Source: Octopus sinensis (lineage: Eukaryota). From it: DNA of 64,000 bases. Within the stretch, counting starts at the first letter, position 1. Each line of letters starts with the position of its first letter. The position numbers and the translations under genes are program-made. The DNA lies in NCBI RefSeq assembly GCF_006345805.1, contig NC_043007.1, forward strand, positions 71,300,001 through 71,364,000, given 5' to 3'. The notes under the pieces were generated by a model, which saw only the letters and a list, made by a program, of their open reading frames with translations, made no database searches and was not told where the DNA came from. This document shows positions 15,588-30,628 of this stretch, piece after piece.

Positions 15588-18228
15588 GCAATGCTTTCAG
15601 CAATTTTGTGTAAGTTTCTGCTGCTTTCCCAAGTGCACTTCCATGCACTTAAAGTGTGTGCAAAATAGACTTATGAAAATGTAGACTTGCTCTCTTTCCT
15701 GTTGGGGTAGCCATGTATTTCCGCTTCAACAAGACACCCACTCTTGTCCCTTTATCTTACATTAGCCTCTCAACAGCTAGCACAAAGTCACCTCTTTTAA
15801 TTCTACTCTCCCACTCCATCAAGGGGTCTTGTCTTGCAAATTACTTGATGATCCAACTAGTGCCACTCTTACAAAAGAAATGCACTCAGTAGTGGTTGGT
15901 GCTAAGCAAGACATCCAACATGTAGAAACATTGGTTTGTTGGATGCTATCAAACCATCCTACCCTTGCCCACAAGGAATATGGGTATTATATGATGTGGA
16001 TGATGATCATCATCATTATGAATAACAATAACAATTCTGCATTGTTGTGGGATGCTCTTTGTTATTTCTCTGTTTTATGATAGATTGCAATGTGTGGGCT
16101 GTATTATTTTTTGGGGTGCTATTTGCATTTTGTATGATGCTGAGTGATTGGTGCAGTGTATTTTAGTGTTGGATGATAAGAGCTATGTGTTTTGTTATAT
16201 ATTGTGGATGGCATCTGTGTACAGTGGGATTCTTATGAATTGTTGTTCTTATAGTGTTGGGTATCAGTGATGTAAGAGTATGTATTGTATTATTTTATCA
16301 GCTGGTGATTGCATAGAGTAAATGTTGTGCTATATGATCTGGTGGTAATTCTGTAGAGTGTGTCAATTTATTGGCTGGTTATCTTATACAGTATTTGTTG
16401 TGTATTGAGAATGTAATGATAGAGTTATGCTTTAGACTTGAAAGTGTCCTGCATAAAATGTAGGCTGTGCCTAACAGGACTGTCTTTTGGATTGTGTACA
16501 ACATGGTTTCTGATTTTCTATTTATGTTATTGGTTAAATTTTTTTTTACTTTGACGTCCACTTATTTCTGATCTCACTTTCACTTTCACTTTCACTTTCA
16601 CACCCCACCACATTTCTTGCTTGTTTTAGTTTCAAATAATTTCTATTTTGACAATTTCTTCTCCCAACAATATTTTGGGGCTGCAAGGATCAAAATTTCT
16701 ACAAATGGGCTGCCTTGCTATTCTTGTCACTCTGAACAGTCATGTCTCAGATGATTGTGGTCAGTTTATTATTGTGCATTATGTTTAGTGCTACATGTTT
16801 ATACAACTTCTTATCCATTTTCCCATTCAAGTCTCCATATTATTGCTCAGTGGACATAGTTGCTGACTCATTTGTCTGTGAACATGTTTGGACTTGTCAA
16901 GGACTAGGCTGCTGGAAATGATGTAATCAATCATCTCATTGTAGTAGTTATATAGTCTACACTTGATTTTAGGTTCTGTGGGATTTTTCTCTTTTTTTTT
17001 TTTAAGTAATTCAGGCTAGATACTAGTCTTGTGCAGTTAAAGTCAGAAAATCAAACTTTCTGTTTCTGTTTTTAGCCTGTTACTTATGGTCAATCTAGTT
17101 TATTTTCTCTCTGTCAAATCTTGTGGCTATGGAGTGTTTTTTCTATATCTTTCATTTTTCTTTTGTATACTTGGAATTTTGTTTTGATTTTCTTTCTTTC
17201 TTTTCTGCTTTCTAACTACCATTTTTTTTTTTTTTTTGGTTTTTATCTAAATCTTTTTCTTCATAGTACTTAGTCTTCACTTTGTACTTTATTATTTTCT
17301 TTTAGAAATAAAAATGTTTTTGTTTTCTTCATGTTTCCTTATAACATTAATTAGTATTTTTATGGTTCCAGTGTTGTTATTTTGTAGTAGTTTTCTATTT
17401 CTATCAAAACCTGTTCTCCTTGTCTATGAAGTTTGTATAGTCTGTTTCTATCAGCTTTGGGGTGGTGGCTTCAGAATGTTGTTAGCAGTTTCCTGGTTTT
17501 TCTGTCCAAGCCCTTCAATCCACTTAACATTAAGTTTTTTTTGTTTTTTTTTCATGTTGAAGCTACAATTTATAATGAAATAGCTGGTATATTTATACTA
17601 ATTTTCTCTTTGAATTCTATGTTAATATTATGAGTATCTATCCCCAAATATCTGTATGAGCAATTCAGGTCTAATTTTGCTGATTTCAATCTGTGTCTAA
17701 TTTAATGTCCTATTTTAATTAATTTTCCCCACTTTTAATTGTAGTTTTTTCCACAGTTGTCTAATCCTGTATTTCTAAGTTGTGGCTGTATTTATGAATG
17801 ATTTTTTTGTAGGCTTTTCCATCTGGGTGTCATCTCTTATATTTCAAGTCATCCATGTAGAAGTGATGGTTTATCTGTAACAACTATAACTATTGGTGGT
17901 TTCATTCTACAGATTTGTTTTCGGGCTTAGTCTATAGATCAAAGAGGATAATAGCTCCTTATATGAATACAGAAATTCTTTAATTGTCTTCTCTTTGCTT
18001 TATATTAACATTTGTTTTATATTTTGACATGATTTCATTGATGTCCTTTATTAGTTTTGAGGTTCCTTTGTGTAATGGGGTGTATTTCCATTGACCAACA
18101 GTGGTACACACTATTATCAGATAGTTTTCATGAATCAATTTAGGTTATTCTAAGGCTTGAATAATAGCCCTGTTCACTAGTAGCTGCCATTATTATTATT
18201 AGTATTATTATTATTATCATTATTATTA

Positions 18229-18282
<54 letters not shown>

Positions 18283-18493
18283 GGTGGTGAGCTGGCAGAA
18301 AGATTAGCACACCAGGTGAAATGCGTTGTGGTATTTCGTCTGCAGCTGTGTTCTGAGTTGAAATTCTGCAGATGTTGACTTTGCCTTTCATCTTTACGGG
18401 TTCGATGAATTAAATACCAGTAAAACATGGGTCGATCTAATCAACTAGACCCCTCCCCACCAAATTTCAGGCCTTTTGCCTCCAGTAGAAGGG

Positions 18494-18543
<50 letters not shown>

Positions 18544-21500
18544 CATCATTATCATCATCATCATCATCATCATCATTATCAAGACAAGAAGCTGGCAAAA
18601 ACATTGACATGCTAGGCAAAATGCTTAGCAGCATTTCATCCTTCTTTACATTCTTGCATAATGATATCTAATTTGCAGTCTTCAATTGTTCTAGATGTCT
18701 GGATGTCAAAATCTTGTAGAATTTTTGGTTTATCTAGTACAGGCTTGTATCACTTGTCTGGCATGTTGTATTCACATATAATAGAAAGTGACTGGTGTCA
18801 GTTGTGATAAATTGTGACAAACATTATCCTGATGTTGTTTATATTTCTTTCTGTGTTAACATTTTCGTATGCTCAATATTTTTCACTCACTGTTTACATA
18901 GGCACTGCTTGTTCATTGAATCAGTGGAATAGATACTATTCTTCACTGAACTAATGTTTAGAGCTCTGTAAATCTCTACTTCAGAGACTTCCCCATGATG
19001 AGTTGTAATTTTTCGTGGTGTCTCTGAGAAACTGTCCATTTCTTTTAACTCTTCCTTTTGCAAATTATTATGCATTCATATATTTTCGTCTCTTTAAGTA
19101 TGACACAAGTAAATCCAAGTTCCATTGCAACTCATTCCAGTAGTTCTTTTTCCACTCTTTGCAATGTAGGGATCTACTAACTTTTGTTCTTTATTCACAC
19201 AATCAGAAATACTAATAAATCCTTTCTCGCCAATCTTCCATTCCATGTATAAATGACTGATATTGGCCTTTGGATGAAGTGCTCCATGCATAATTAAGGC
19301 TTTTTTTCATTTTTCTGCTTAATGCATCTATTTTATTTCCCATCCAATTCACTATTCCAACACTTATATAATGCATGGCTACAACAACCCAGGCATTGAT
19401 CAGATTTAACTGATTCCTTGAATTAGATTCGGACTTCAATACAAGCTTTAATCTCTTCAAATATATTGTTTTCACTTTTTCCTTCATTTCCATATACATA
19501 ATATTACTGAGTTCTAGAATTCCTAGATACTTGTATCCATTGTCATCAGTTTCTGAAATCCATTCTTCCAGTAAGTTTATTCCATTAAAATGTTCTCTCA
19601 TTGCTCTCTTCACGGCTTAAGTTGCACATTTTAATGTACCAAACTCCATTCCAACATCTCTGCAACACACATTTACTGTTTTAACAAGTGAATTGATCTC
19701 TTCTTTTAGACTTTAGGCCTTCCATGAAGGCTAGCTAATTCAGAAAAGATGTGTTTCTTCCTAGTTTGTAGTTCCTATTGATTTTCCTATGTGTCATTGA
19801 AAGTGTTAGTAACACAAAAGCAAATAAGGGAGAGAAAGAATCTCCCTCTGGAAAACACCTCTTTTAATAGCTACACTTCCCAGTGATTTCATGTTCACCA
19901 TCAAGTCCATTGTACAATGTGTAGTGCTATCACTGAAGATGTCGGTTAGATTTTCAGCTCTGCCAAGCATTCTAAGTGACCCCACAATCCAAGAATGGTG
20001 CACAATGTTGTAAGCAATTTTGAAGATGACCCATGCTGTCTGTCATCTCTTGCACTAGTCATTGCTATTTTGTCAATGATCGGATGGTCATTGGAGCCTT
20101 TCGGTGTGTTCTTCACCCGCTTCTATTGAAAAAATAGTAATATGTTCTGCATTAAATGAAAATATGTTTTCTTGTATTATTAGCATATGCTCCCACCATA
20201 TGTTTAATCTTGTCAATCCCATCATTATTGTTTATGTTGTAATAAGAAGAAATCTATTGATTTCAACTTTACCTTTTACCAATCTTTAGTTGATGAAGCA
20301 CTGTAGGACATCTACTGCTCAACTGTTACAATTTAACTGTTATTACTCAACTAAATGTTGTGCAGTATTTAGTTATGGGCCTTTATATTCTGATTTCAAA
20401 TCCTAGTGGGATTTACTTTGCTTTTCATCTTTCTACAGTCGTCAATAAAATTAGTGTAAAGAATCAATTAAATCAATCATATCCACCTCCAAAAATCTGT
20501 GAACTGATGCCAAACAGAGAAATCATTATTATCCTTTTTGGCAAATAAAATTTTAAAATCGTTCTAGTAGCAGTAGCAGTAGTAGTAGCAGCAGCAACAG
20601 CAGCAGTTGTAGTAAATGTGCCCTTTCGTAGCAAAAGTGAATTTTTGAATTTGTTTTTACTCTTTTTCCTGACAATATCTGTTGATTTTTTTACAGTCCT
20701 TTTTTAACTGTCATAAAGCAGATTTGTTGGGTTAAAAAGAAAAAAAAATTGCTGTTCTTTTACTGTCAAACATTGCAAGGAAAAGGTGTGAACCATCTTA
20801 TTCTATTTAAACTCATTAGATGCAAAAAAATATGGTTAAACTTTACTTTTTGTAAGTCTAAGGCTGGTTGCCACACCTAGAACTTAGTCTACGACAAAAT
20901 CTTCCAAATATAGTTTGAATAAAATCTACCTGTTTTTAACTATAATTAGAATTATTTGTTGTGACTAACATTTATTTCACTTGTTTCGATGTGGAAAAGA
21001 AATTATAATTCTGTTGGTCTAAGCTCAAATTCCAGAACTCAAACAGCTATTTTACTGTTTTTGTTGAGTAAAGTTCAATTAGCTAATCTCTAATAGATTT
21101 GTGAAATGAACTGAATGAAGGTTTAGACATGATCCTTAGAGAAGATGATCTAATATGTCTAACTCGAGACTGGAGTAATACTTAGTACCACATTCATGCA
21201 GTAACTGATAATGTGATATGTAGCTTAATAATTTAGGTATATTGCATTCAGTTTGCTATAATATGTCCAAAGTTTGAGATAAGAATTCATTGTGTAGCAC
21301 CAACTAGCTGTTCTTAAGTAAGCTTTTTCATATAGAAACTGCAATTTAATGCTAAGGATAATCTTTTCACCTGAGCAACACATTTTAAAACTAAAATTTT
21401 GGGGGAGGCATTAAGATCTGTTAGTATTTAAGTATAATGTGTTACTAGTCACATATCTAATTATATATAAAGTTGTCAAAACAAATATATTTTACAACTA

Positions 21501-22457
21501 ACTATTCATAAAAATTGATAACATTTGAGTTAATTTCTTGTTATGTGTAGAGTTTATCAACATGCTCAAGTGTCATGACTCACATTTTGGAAATATCTGG
21601 CTTAGAAGCAGTTTTGGGTCAAGCTATCTTTGTTTTTGAGAAATGTTTTACTAAGATTTATGGACTCCATATACACAGTCCTTGCTTCAAAGACAATTGG
21701 AAGTTTATTGAGGTAGGTGTAGCTGCTACATCAGGCAGGCTAGGCCATCTCCCAAACTTGTTTTGATGATTCAGCTGAAGTGGAAGAAGTGGCCTTGATG
21801 CATGATTTTTCTATTTCCTTGTGATATGCAATTAATGTGTTGCTACTATACCAAATACACCAATGTTACGATGTGATTTGGAGGGAGATTTGGTTGCTAT
21901 TTCTTGGATGTTTAGCAATATGTAGAAGCTCTTTTGTTGGCTTCTTGAGATCCCTAAAATGATGGGAGGATCATGCTTGCTCTACCTTTGGTAATATTTT
22001 TACTTAATCAGGATTAACTTTGAACTAGATAACTTGAGTTTCATTAAGCTTGGCTGTGAAATTTATGTCAATGTTAGTTTACAATTATTATGGTTGCATT
22101 CTAGTTGTATGTCAGAGATTTATGTTGAAGGTTCAAATATAACCATCAGATGTACATATTGAAATGTAAAACATATCATAGAAATATTTATGTAGAATAA
22201 CCTAGCACAAGAAGAAAAGACAGTTGTACTCTTTTAATGGTGAATATATCAATGGTGTTATTAAGCCAAAATAGCTGGGTCCTGACTGTCTGAATCAATA
22301 TAATGTTTGTTGGATTTTAATGGAAAACAGTAGACAGGACAAAAGGGTTATCTCTTCTAATAATTAGGATTAACTTGATTTTTACTATCCTGAATTGAAC
22401 ATAGTGATTAGATTGAGTTGATATTTGCTAAACAAATTTGATATCAGTGAGATTAAG

Positions 22458-22511
<54 letters not shown>

Positions 22512-25500
22512 TGTGTGTGAGTGACATCATGTTAATCAGTTGCCTGGCCTTATTAAATTAGATTAGGATGTTGTTAACTATATTAGGCAGATCTTGACTA
22601 AGTTAATATTGAATAAACTAAGGTAAATCACAGCCAACATTGCAGTACAATTTTACCAACAAATCTAAAATCCAACAAGATACTGCAACAGTGTTAGACA
22701 CATTGCTGCTTTGAAGACATTAACAAACTAATATTTAATTGTCAATGAAATTTCAAGATTATGGCTAATACTTATTACTTTTACTAACATGATAAATCAA
22801 ACTGTTTAAAATTTTTCATGAGATTCCATCCCCCACTGTTACCTATTATCTGCTCCTTCAAACTATTATTTATCAAAATTTGAAATAGTTCTGTAAAGTC
22901 ACTAATCTCATTTTCCAAAACTAAAACAGAATTATTTAACCACAATAAAATATTAAGTTAGTCACTGGAGCACTGGATTCACAATCATGAGGTAGTGAGT
23001 GCAATTCCTGGACCAGGCTGTGTGTTGTATTCTTGAGCAAGACACTTCATTTCATATTGCCCCTGTTCACTCAGCTGTAGAAATGAGTTGCAATGTCTCA
23101 GGTGCCAAACTGTGCTGGCTTTTGCCTTTCCCTTGGATAACATCACTGGTGTGGAAAGGGGAGGCTGCTATGCATGAACAACTGCTAGTCTTCCATAAAG
23201 AACCTTGCCCGAATTTGTGCTTCAGAGAGTAACTTTCTTGGTGCAATCCCATGGTCATTCATGACCGAAGGGGGTCTTTGCCTTTACCATTATTTTAGAA
23301 ATACTATGTTAAGAAGTAGCTGTTTATTCCTTAGAACAATTGATATTATGACAATTTTCTCATCCTTGGCACCGTAGTTGTAGACTGATTGAATTATTAG
23401 AGCATAAGAAATAGCGCCTGACAGTACTTACAGTCCTTTATGTTCTGATTTCAAATCTTGCCAAGGTCAATTTTGTCTTCTTTCTTTCCGGGATAAATAA
23501 AGAAAGTAGCGATCAAGTACTGGGAGTGATGTGTATTATTATAAAGTTTCTAAGATATCGATGGAATTATATAACACAAGACATGCCAGGCTATTATTAG
23601 TAAGATTCAGGAATATGGTAAAAACACTACATTGGATTGATTTAAAAGAAAAAAAAACTGTGTAAAGTCTCAAAAGAAAAAAAGGTTAGAATACATAAAT
23701 TATTGTAGATAACCATTCTGTGGAGTATTTGACTTAGTGGAGCCTCTAATAAGATATAGGTCCTTTCCAATATCTGAGAATTAATTCGAGATAAAGACCA
23801 GAGAAAAAATCTCTCTGACATTGAATGTTTATCGTATCTTGATTTCTCTGAATTGTCTGACATTTAAGCTTCTCAATTCCATTCATTTCTGTATAGTTTA
23901 TGGAGACAAAAATATATTGATTTTAATGTTTCGTTATTATCATCTGTACAGTAATGGCCCATGTATACCAGTTTTCGTAGTCAACAGAAATAAAAAGAAC
24001 TTAGAAATGATATCATGTATGGTAATTTCTTTTTAGCTGAGTTTTATTTTGAGGGTTAAAAACAGACGTCATTTGATCTACTCCTTTTGGTTGAGAAAAC
24101 AGCAATATTTGCTATTGAAATCTCAGTATTGATTCTACCATATTGGCCACTGATTGTATGAAGGAAAGAAACCTCAACCCTTCCTACAGACTATTGATCT
24201 TGGATTCCTAGCTTTCGGCTTTGGTGCTAGGAAAATTACCCAGTAAGATATACAAATAAATAGCACTGTTTCTGATAGAATCAGGAATCAGAGAGGAAAG
24301 CAAACCAATAAGAGGTGGATATTGATTTCTTCTACCCAACACTACAAATGGTCAATATATTTCTGCTGTTGGTGTCATTATTGTTGTTGTTGTAACTACT
24401 GCTGCTGCTGCTATTATTATTATTAGACTCTTTGAATTTAAAAGATCATATATATTAAAGGGAAAATGAAACGTTAAGTGGAACGAGAGGTGGGAATGTA
24501 TAGAAAACTGTTTTCTTTTGCTTTGTTTGTTTGTGGGGAACTAAAAAGATCGGATTGATACCCTCTGTCTGAGAATCTATTGATTCTTACTTGAGAAAGA
24601 AAAAGAAAACAAAAGATGAACCAGACTATTTTTATAATCTTGTTTTTGTTACTGCACACTTTAAAATTATATTTTACAAATGTACCAAGAACACAGGTTC
24701 AATTCAGAATTGGGATTTCAAAGTAATTCTTGAGTTTGTTAACTGTTGATTACGTTACCTGCCTTTGTCACTTGTGACAACTAGAATAATTGGTTGATTT
24801 TCGATATAATTGCCATTGTCTGCAAATCTAAGTTTATAGTGTCTTGTATTTTAGAGAACAGACAGCTTTAATAGTATGGTATAGCTGAGATTCCAATTCA
24901 CTTCTCATCAAAAATATATCATTAACTCAATGATATGAGCCATAATTCTGTTGTAGTAGGAAAGTTATTAACTAGACTTCTGCTACTTGGAAAGGTGGAA
25001 TTTATCTTATTCCTCTCGTTAAGAATCTTAACTGATCAATCCAAAATACTGTCCATTAATGTATTGTGTTGTTCATGAATTGCATTGTGTTGTTCAGTCA
25101 ATTATTTCAAATCTTAGATTATATTTAATCCATTTATCTTTATTTCATAACACTTGTTTCTTGGAGAAAATATTCACAAATTCCATGTGGATAAGTTAAA
25201 AGGTTAAAGCATGTAATATTTTAGATTTTAAATATGATAACTTTGTTTCCAGACTTGTTTGTATGAGTCAACTATTAAAAACTATTTGGAATCATGTTTC
25301 TTTTCTTTTAACAGGAACTAACAAAATACATTCGAGGAGAGGAAACCAATTCTGATTCTGTGATACAATTTCTGCAGAACTTTGTGAGATATGGGCTGGA
25401 ACGGATTGAATTAAGGGACGAATTATATTGCCAGATAGTTCGTCAGACTCATAGGAACCCAGATACTGATGCTTTGATAAAGGCCTGGGGTGTGATGAGT

Positions 25501-28319
25501 TTTTGTTCTGCTGCTTTCTCAGCCAGCAAAACATTACATAAGGTAATATTAGTAACCAGTTCATGTTACGATGCTGTTAAAATATTGCTCTTATTTATTT
25601 GCTATCTTTATTTTTATTTTTTTCCTTTGTAAATTGGTAGAATTTAAATCTTTTTTTCTGTATTAAGTTACTAATATTCACTGAATCATTTGTCATATTA
25701 CAAACTGACATCAAATACATAGCATCTACTGTAATAATATGATACTGCATAAAGATAAGCGATATAATCTTGCTTACATATGTGCTCAGACTTTGAGATA
25801 GCTGTACTCATTGATTACATTCTAGGAAATGTCTTGTTTTAAATGTAAAATTTTATACTTAACAGCCTGTTGTTAAAGTTAACATGCATTTGCATTTCCT
25901 GCACACCTGTAATTGCTTTTATACTTTTTTTATTTGCTGTTTTTTGTAGTATTTAGTCTCATATGTAAAGAAACATATTGGTGATGAAACAGTTGGTAAA
26001 TATGCAAAAATTTGTTACTCACAATTACGAAAACCGAGAGTAATGGCTCGAAAATTTCCACCATCTGCAAGTGAGATTTTAGTAAGTACCTGATTTATTA
26101 TTCAAAAGTTTGTAGGATTATTTTTACTTATCATGGAATGGTTGTTTAAATAATAACTTACCTAAGCTAACAAGGAATTATAGAAGTCGATGATGACAAT
26201 GATGATGATTATATTAAACAAGCTTTGAAGTCAATGAGAGACAACAAACTCTAAAACCAAAACTAAAGATGAACGATATAGATTTTTTAATATACAATGC
26301 ATAAAGATGTATAATTATTAGGACTCAGACCATATAAGTGTCAAAATCTAAGTGACTACATTATCAATTACTCCTGAGAAACTCTGCTGCATCTCCCTTT
26401 TAGGATATATGTTTTGCTGGTAACACACACACGCACACACACACACCACACACACACATGTATGGTCAAAACACTGGAAAAAACTATAATTGATGACAGA
26501 GATGAAAAATTAAGGTATGATTTTTATGATAAACTAAAACAGCTCAAAAAAGTATAACTATCAACGTACAATGACAATATAGTTAGGTACGTTTTCAACC
26601 AAATTTTGACAGCATTCTGGGATTATCTCTTCTATCCAAACTTGTAGTAGCTTTTCTTTTTAAATTTTGAAATTGATGAGGCATTATAAGCTGCTATATT
26701 CTTTCTCATATAATTCTATACATTTTCTATAGGATTCAGTTTGGAGATGATCCTGACCATTTAATGCATTAGATTTAAGCCAGCTCCTTTATACATTTTT
26801 CAGAATGGAAGGGTGCACTTTCCTGTAGGGATATAGTGAGATTATTGATCATTATATGATTAGGTAAATTCTTGTTGAGTGTATGGTTGTAGTTTTGGTT
26901 ATAATGTAAATTGTTGCTCTTTCCCTGGCAGAAATATCCTATTTATCACATTGGGTGATCATTAATTAACTCCTGCAAATTTTATTTTGTATTGCATTCT
27001 GAGTTTAATCCTTTTAATAACAGCCTGCCCAAGGCTGCCCTGGCTGTATGATGTAAACTTGTTTTAAAGTTATCCAAATTGAAACCTTCCATCAGAATTC
27101 CTTGGTAATTTATGTTCCAGACCACAATTTAATAACGACAAGGTTATTTTACTAAATACTTCATTCTTTTCGAAATTAACTGAAACAAGACAAGGCAATG
27201 TGTTTCAAGAGAAATTTGGTAATGAAAGGGTTAATGGATGACAGATGACAGAAACCATAGAAGCTAATTGCTTAATAAATCATTTGTCATGAAACAGACT
27301 TTAAGCTAACTCTAATTAGATCCCAGCATAATTGCAGATGATCCAGATGGTTTTTTTTTTTTTTGTTTTTTTTTTCAATGTAAACTTTGCTGGATGCCTT
27401 GCAACTAAATTGAAGTCATTCTGCAATCAATATCTCATTGTCTTGGTGCTGCATTTTACTGTTGCTGGCATTTGTGCTTGTATGGAACTGCTAGATGTAA
27501 ATAAGGATGCAACATAACATAAAGATGCTGGCTTGTGACCAGTTTGAAGAGTTGTGCCACAAAGTCTGATTAATCTTCCAAATGATTTATCTCTGCTTTT
27601 CTTGACTGTCCCTACAGTATTAGCTGAGTTGACATCTTCAGGAAGAGCTGATTCTAGAGTAAATTCGATATGAAGTTGAAGTTGAAATTCAAAAATTATT
27701 TTTTGTCATAATCATGTGATCTCATAATTGACCAGACTATTGGGTGTTGCTATATGTCACTGGTCACAATGCACTTTGCATTGTTTTAGCTTCTGAATGA
27801 TACTGCCTCACTGGCTGGCTGACCAGGTGAACATCTCCCCTAATTGGAAGGCCAGCCCATCATGGGGTTACCCATTTATAGCTGAATGAACCAGAGCAAT
27901 GTGAAATGAGGTGTTTTGCTCTAGAACACAATGCACAGCCCACCTGGGAATTGAAACCACAATCTTATGATCTTGAGTGCAACAGACTTAATCACCAGGC
28001 CACATGCCTTTACATTCCATCATAATACATCATCATCATTGTCAGCATTAACTCGCACCTGAGTAGCAGATCTGTAGCCAATGAGTGAGCCTCTTCATCT
28101 TGATCAGTGCAAAACATACTGGTGACTGACATATAGCAGAAATGAATTAACTTCGTTACTTGCAAATATCTAATTGATAATTAGTTATAAGAAAAATAAT
28201 AAATTTCATCTTTTGTCCAGGAGTGTATTTAGGTTATTTGTGGAATCTTATGGAAAGTTTCCTCTAATACATATGCATGCATATATATGTGTGTGTATTT
28301 ATTATTATTATTATTATTA

Positions 28320-28350
<31 letters not shown>

Positions 28351-28472
28351 GCGATTTTCTTCTTTCAATTTTGTTTCCATCTTCTTGACATTTAGGGCAA
28401 AGAAACTCACTTTATTCATTGATAGACCATTGAAATAATCACACCAGATTAGAGTTTTTGTTGTTGTTGTTG

Positions 28473-28511
<39 letters not shown>

Positions 28512-30100
28512 TATTATTATTATGCGATTTTCTTCTTTCAATTTTGTTTCCATCTTCTTGACATTTAGGGCAAAGAAACTCACTTTATTCATTGATAGAC
28601 CATTGAAATAATCACACCAGATTAGAGTTTTTGTTGTTGTTGTTGTTGTTATTATTATATTATTATTATTATTATTATTATTGTTATTATTATTATTATT
28701 GAGGTGGTGAGGAGGCAGAATGGTTAGCATGCCGGACAAAATGTTTAGTGGCATTTCATCTGTCTTTATGTTCTGGGTTTAAATTCCACCAAGGTCAACT
28801 TTCAGGGTCAAAAAAATGATACCAGTTGAACACTGAGGTTGATGTAATCAACTTACCCCCTCCCCTGAACTTGCTGGCCTTGTACCATAAGTTGAAATAA
28901 TATTATTATTATTATTATTATTATCATCATTATCATTCATCATCATCATCATCAATATTATTATTTTCAATTTAACTTTAAAATATATATTAAAAGATTC
29001 AGGCATTAAAGCTACTGACCAGTTTAAAAACCATGCTAATATAGTTGTTCCTCAAGCCGTCAGTTTGAGTAAAGCATCAAATCATTCATTTTTCAGTTTC
29101 TAATCCAGTATTCTACAAGGGATATATAAGCCTGAAGAAAACAATGGTTTTGAAACTGCCAATAGTTTTAATGTTCTTGTTCTTCATCATCATCATCATT
29201 ATTCAACATCCGTCTTCCATGCTAGCATGGGTGGGATGGTACCACAAGAGCCAATCAGGCCAAAGCCTGCACCACACTTCTGTGACTATTTTAGTGGGAT
29301 TTTTATAGCTGGATGCCCTTCCTAACACTAACTACTCAGCAGAGTTGACTTCGTACTTTTTATGTGACACAAGCACAGGCGAGGTGAGCAGTGCTTTTTA
29401 TGTGGCACAAGCAAAGGTGAGGTCAGTTTTGGCAAGGTTTTTACAGCTGGATGCCCTTCCGAACACCAACCACTTTACAATGTGGACTGGGTGCTTTTAA
29501 GTGGCACCTGCACTAACAGGGTCAACAAGTACTTGCAAGACAAAAAAAAAGTACTTATATCTTAAAATATAACAGTAATAGCAATCATCATCATCATCGT
29601 TTAACGTCCGTTCTCCATGCTAGCATGGGTTGGACGGTTCGACCGGGGATCTGGGAAGCCAGAAGGCTGCACCAGGCTCCAGTCTTACCTGGCAATGTTT
29701 CTACAGCTGGATGCCCTTCCTAACGCCAACCACTCCACGAGTGTAGTGGGTGCTCTTTACGTGCCACCTGCACAGGTGCCAGGCGAGGCTGGCAACGGCC
29801 ACGGTCAGATTGGTGTATTTTATGTGCCACCGGCACGCGATTTCAAATTTTGGTACAAGGCCAGCAATTTCAAGGGAAGGTGTAAATTGAAAGGATGAGA
29901 GGCAAAAGCAACCTCTGCAGAATTTGAACTCAGCAATAAATAAAATGTTGCTAAGCAGTTCACCTGGCATGCTAATGATTCTGTCAGCTCACTGCCTCAA
30001 CAGTAATAGTAATATATATAAAAATATTTATCTTAAAATAGTACTATTTTCTTTGCCCATATGTGGTCTCTTGATTTTAACTTCTCACTTTGTGAACTTG

Positions 30101-30161
<61 letters not shown>

Positions 30162-30547
30162 TTCCTTGTCATCTCTTTTGTAAGGTTCGTTTCCCTTGAT
30201 TGGCTTTCACCACTCTGCCCATGTATTCTTTGGTTTCCCTCTTCCAGTCACTCTTTCTACATCAATCCCCTACCATTTCTTCACCCATCAGTTATTACCC
30301 ATACACATTACGTGTCCATACCAGCATGGCACCTATCACTTTTACTCTTTTACTTGTTTCATCATGTGACTGTGGCCATGCTGGAGCACAGCCTTTAGTC
30401 AAGCAAATCGACCTCAGGACTAATTCTTTGTAAGGCTAGTGTACTTATTCTATCAGTCTCTTTTGCCGAACCACTAAGTTACGGGGACGTAAACACACCA
30501 GCATGTCAAGCGATGTTGGCGAGACAAACACAGACACACAAACATAT

Positions 30548-30628
<81 letters not shown>

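Noticed and set aside
23951-24020. Exon-like segment [23 protein letters not shown] followed by gtaatt
   Set aside because: Its phase is incompatible with the phase 0 intron 1, and exons 1 and 2 already join into a complete MyTH4.
26804-26863. 60-nt pseudo-exon with a good acceptor and a gtaaat donor (possible poison exon)
   Set aside because: It has an in-frame stop, and such site pairs are common by chance in AT-rich introns. RNA data would be needed.
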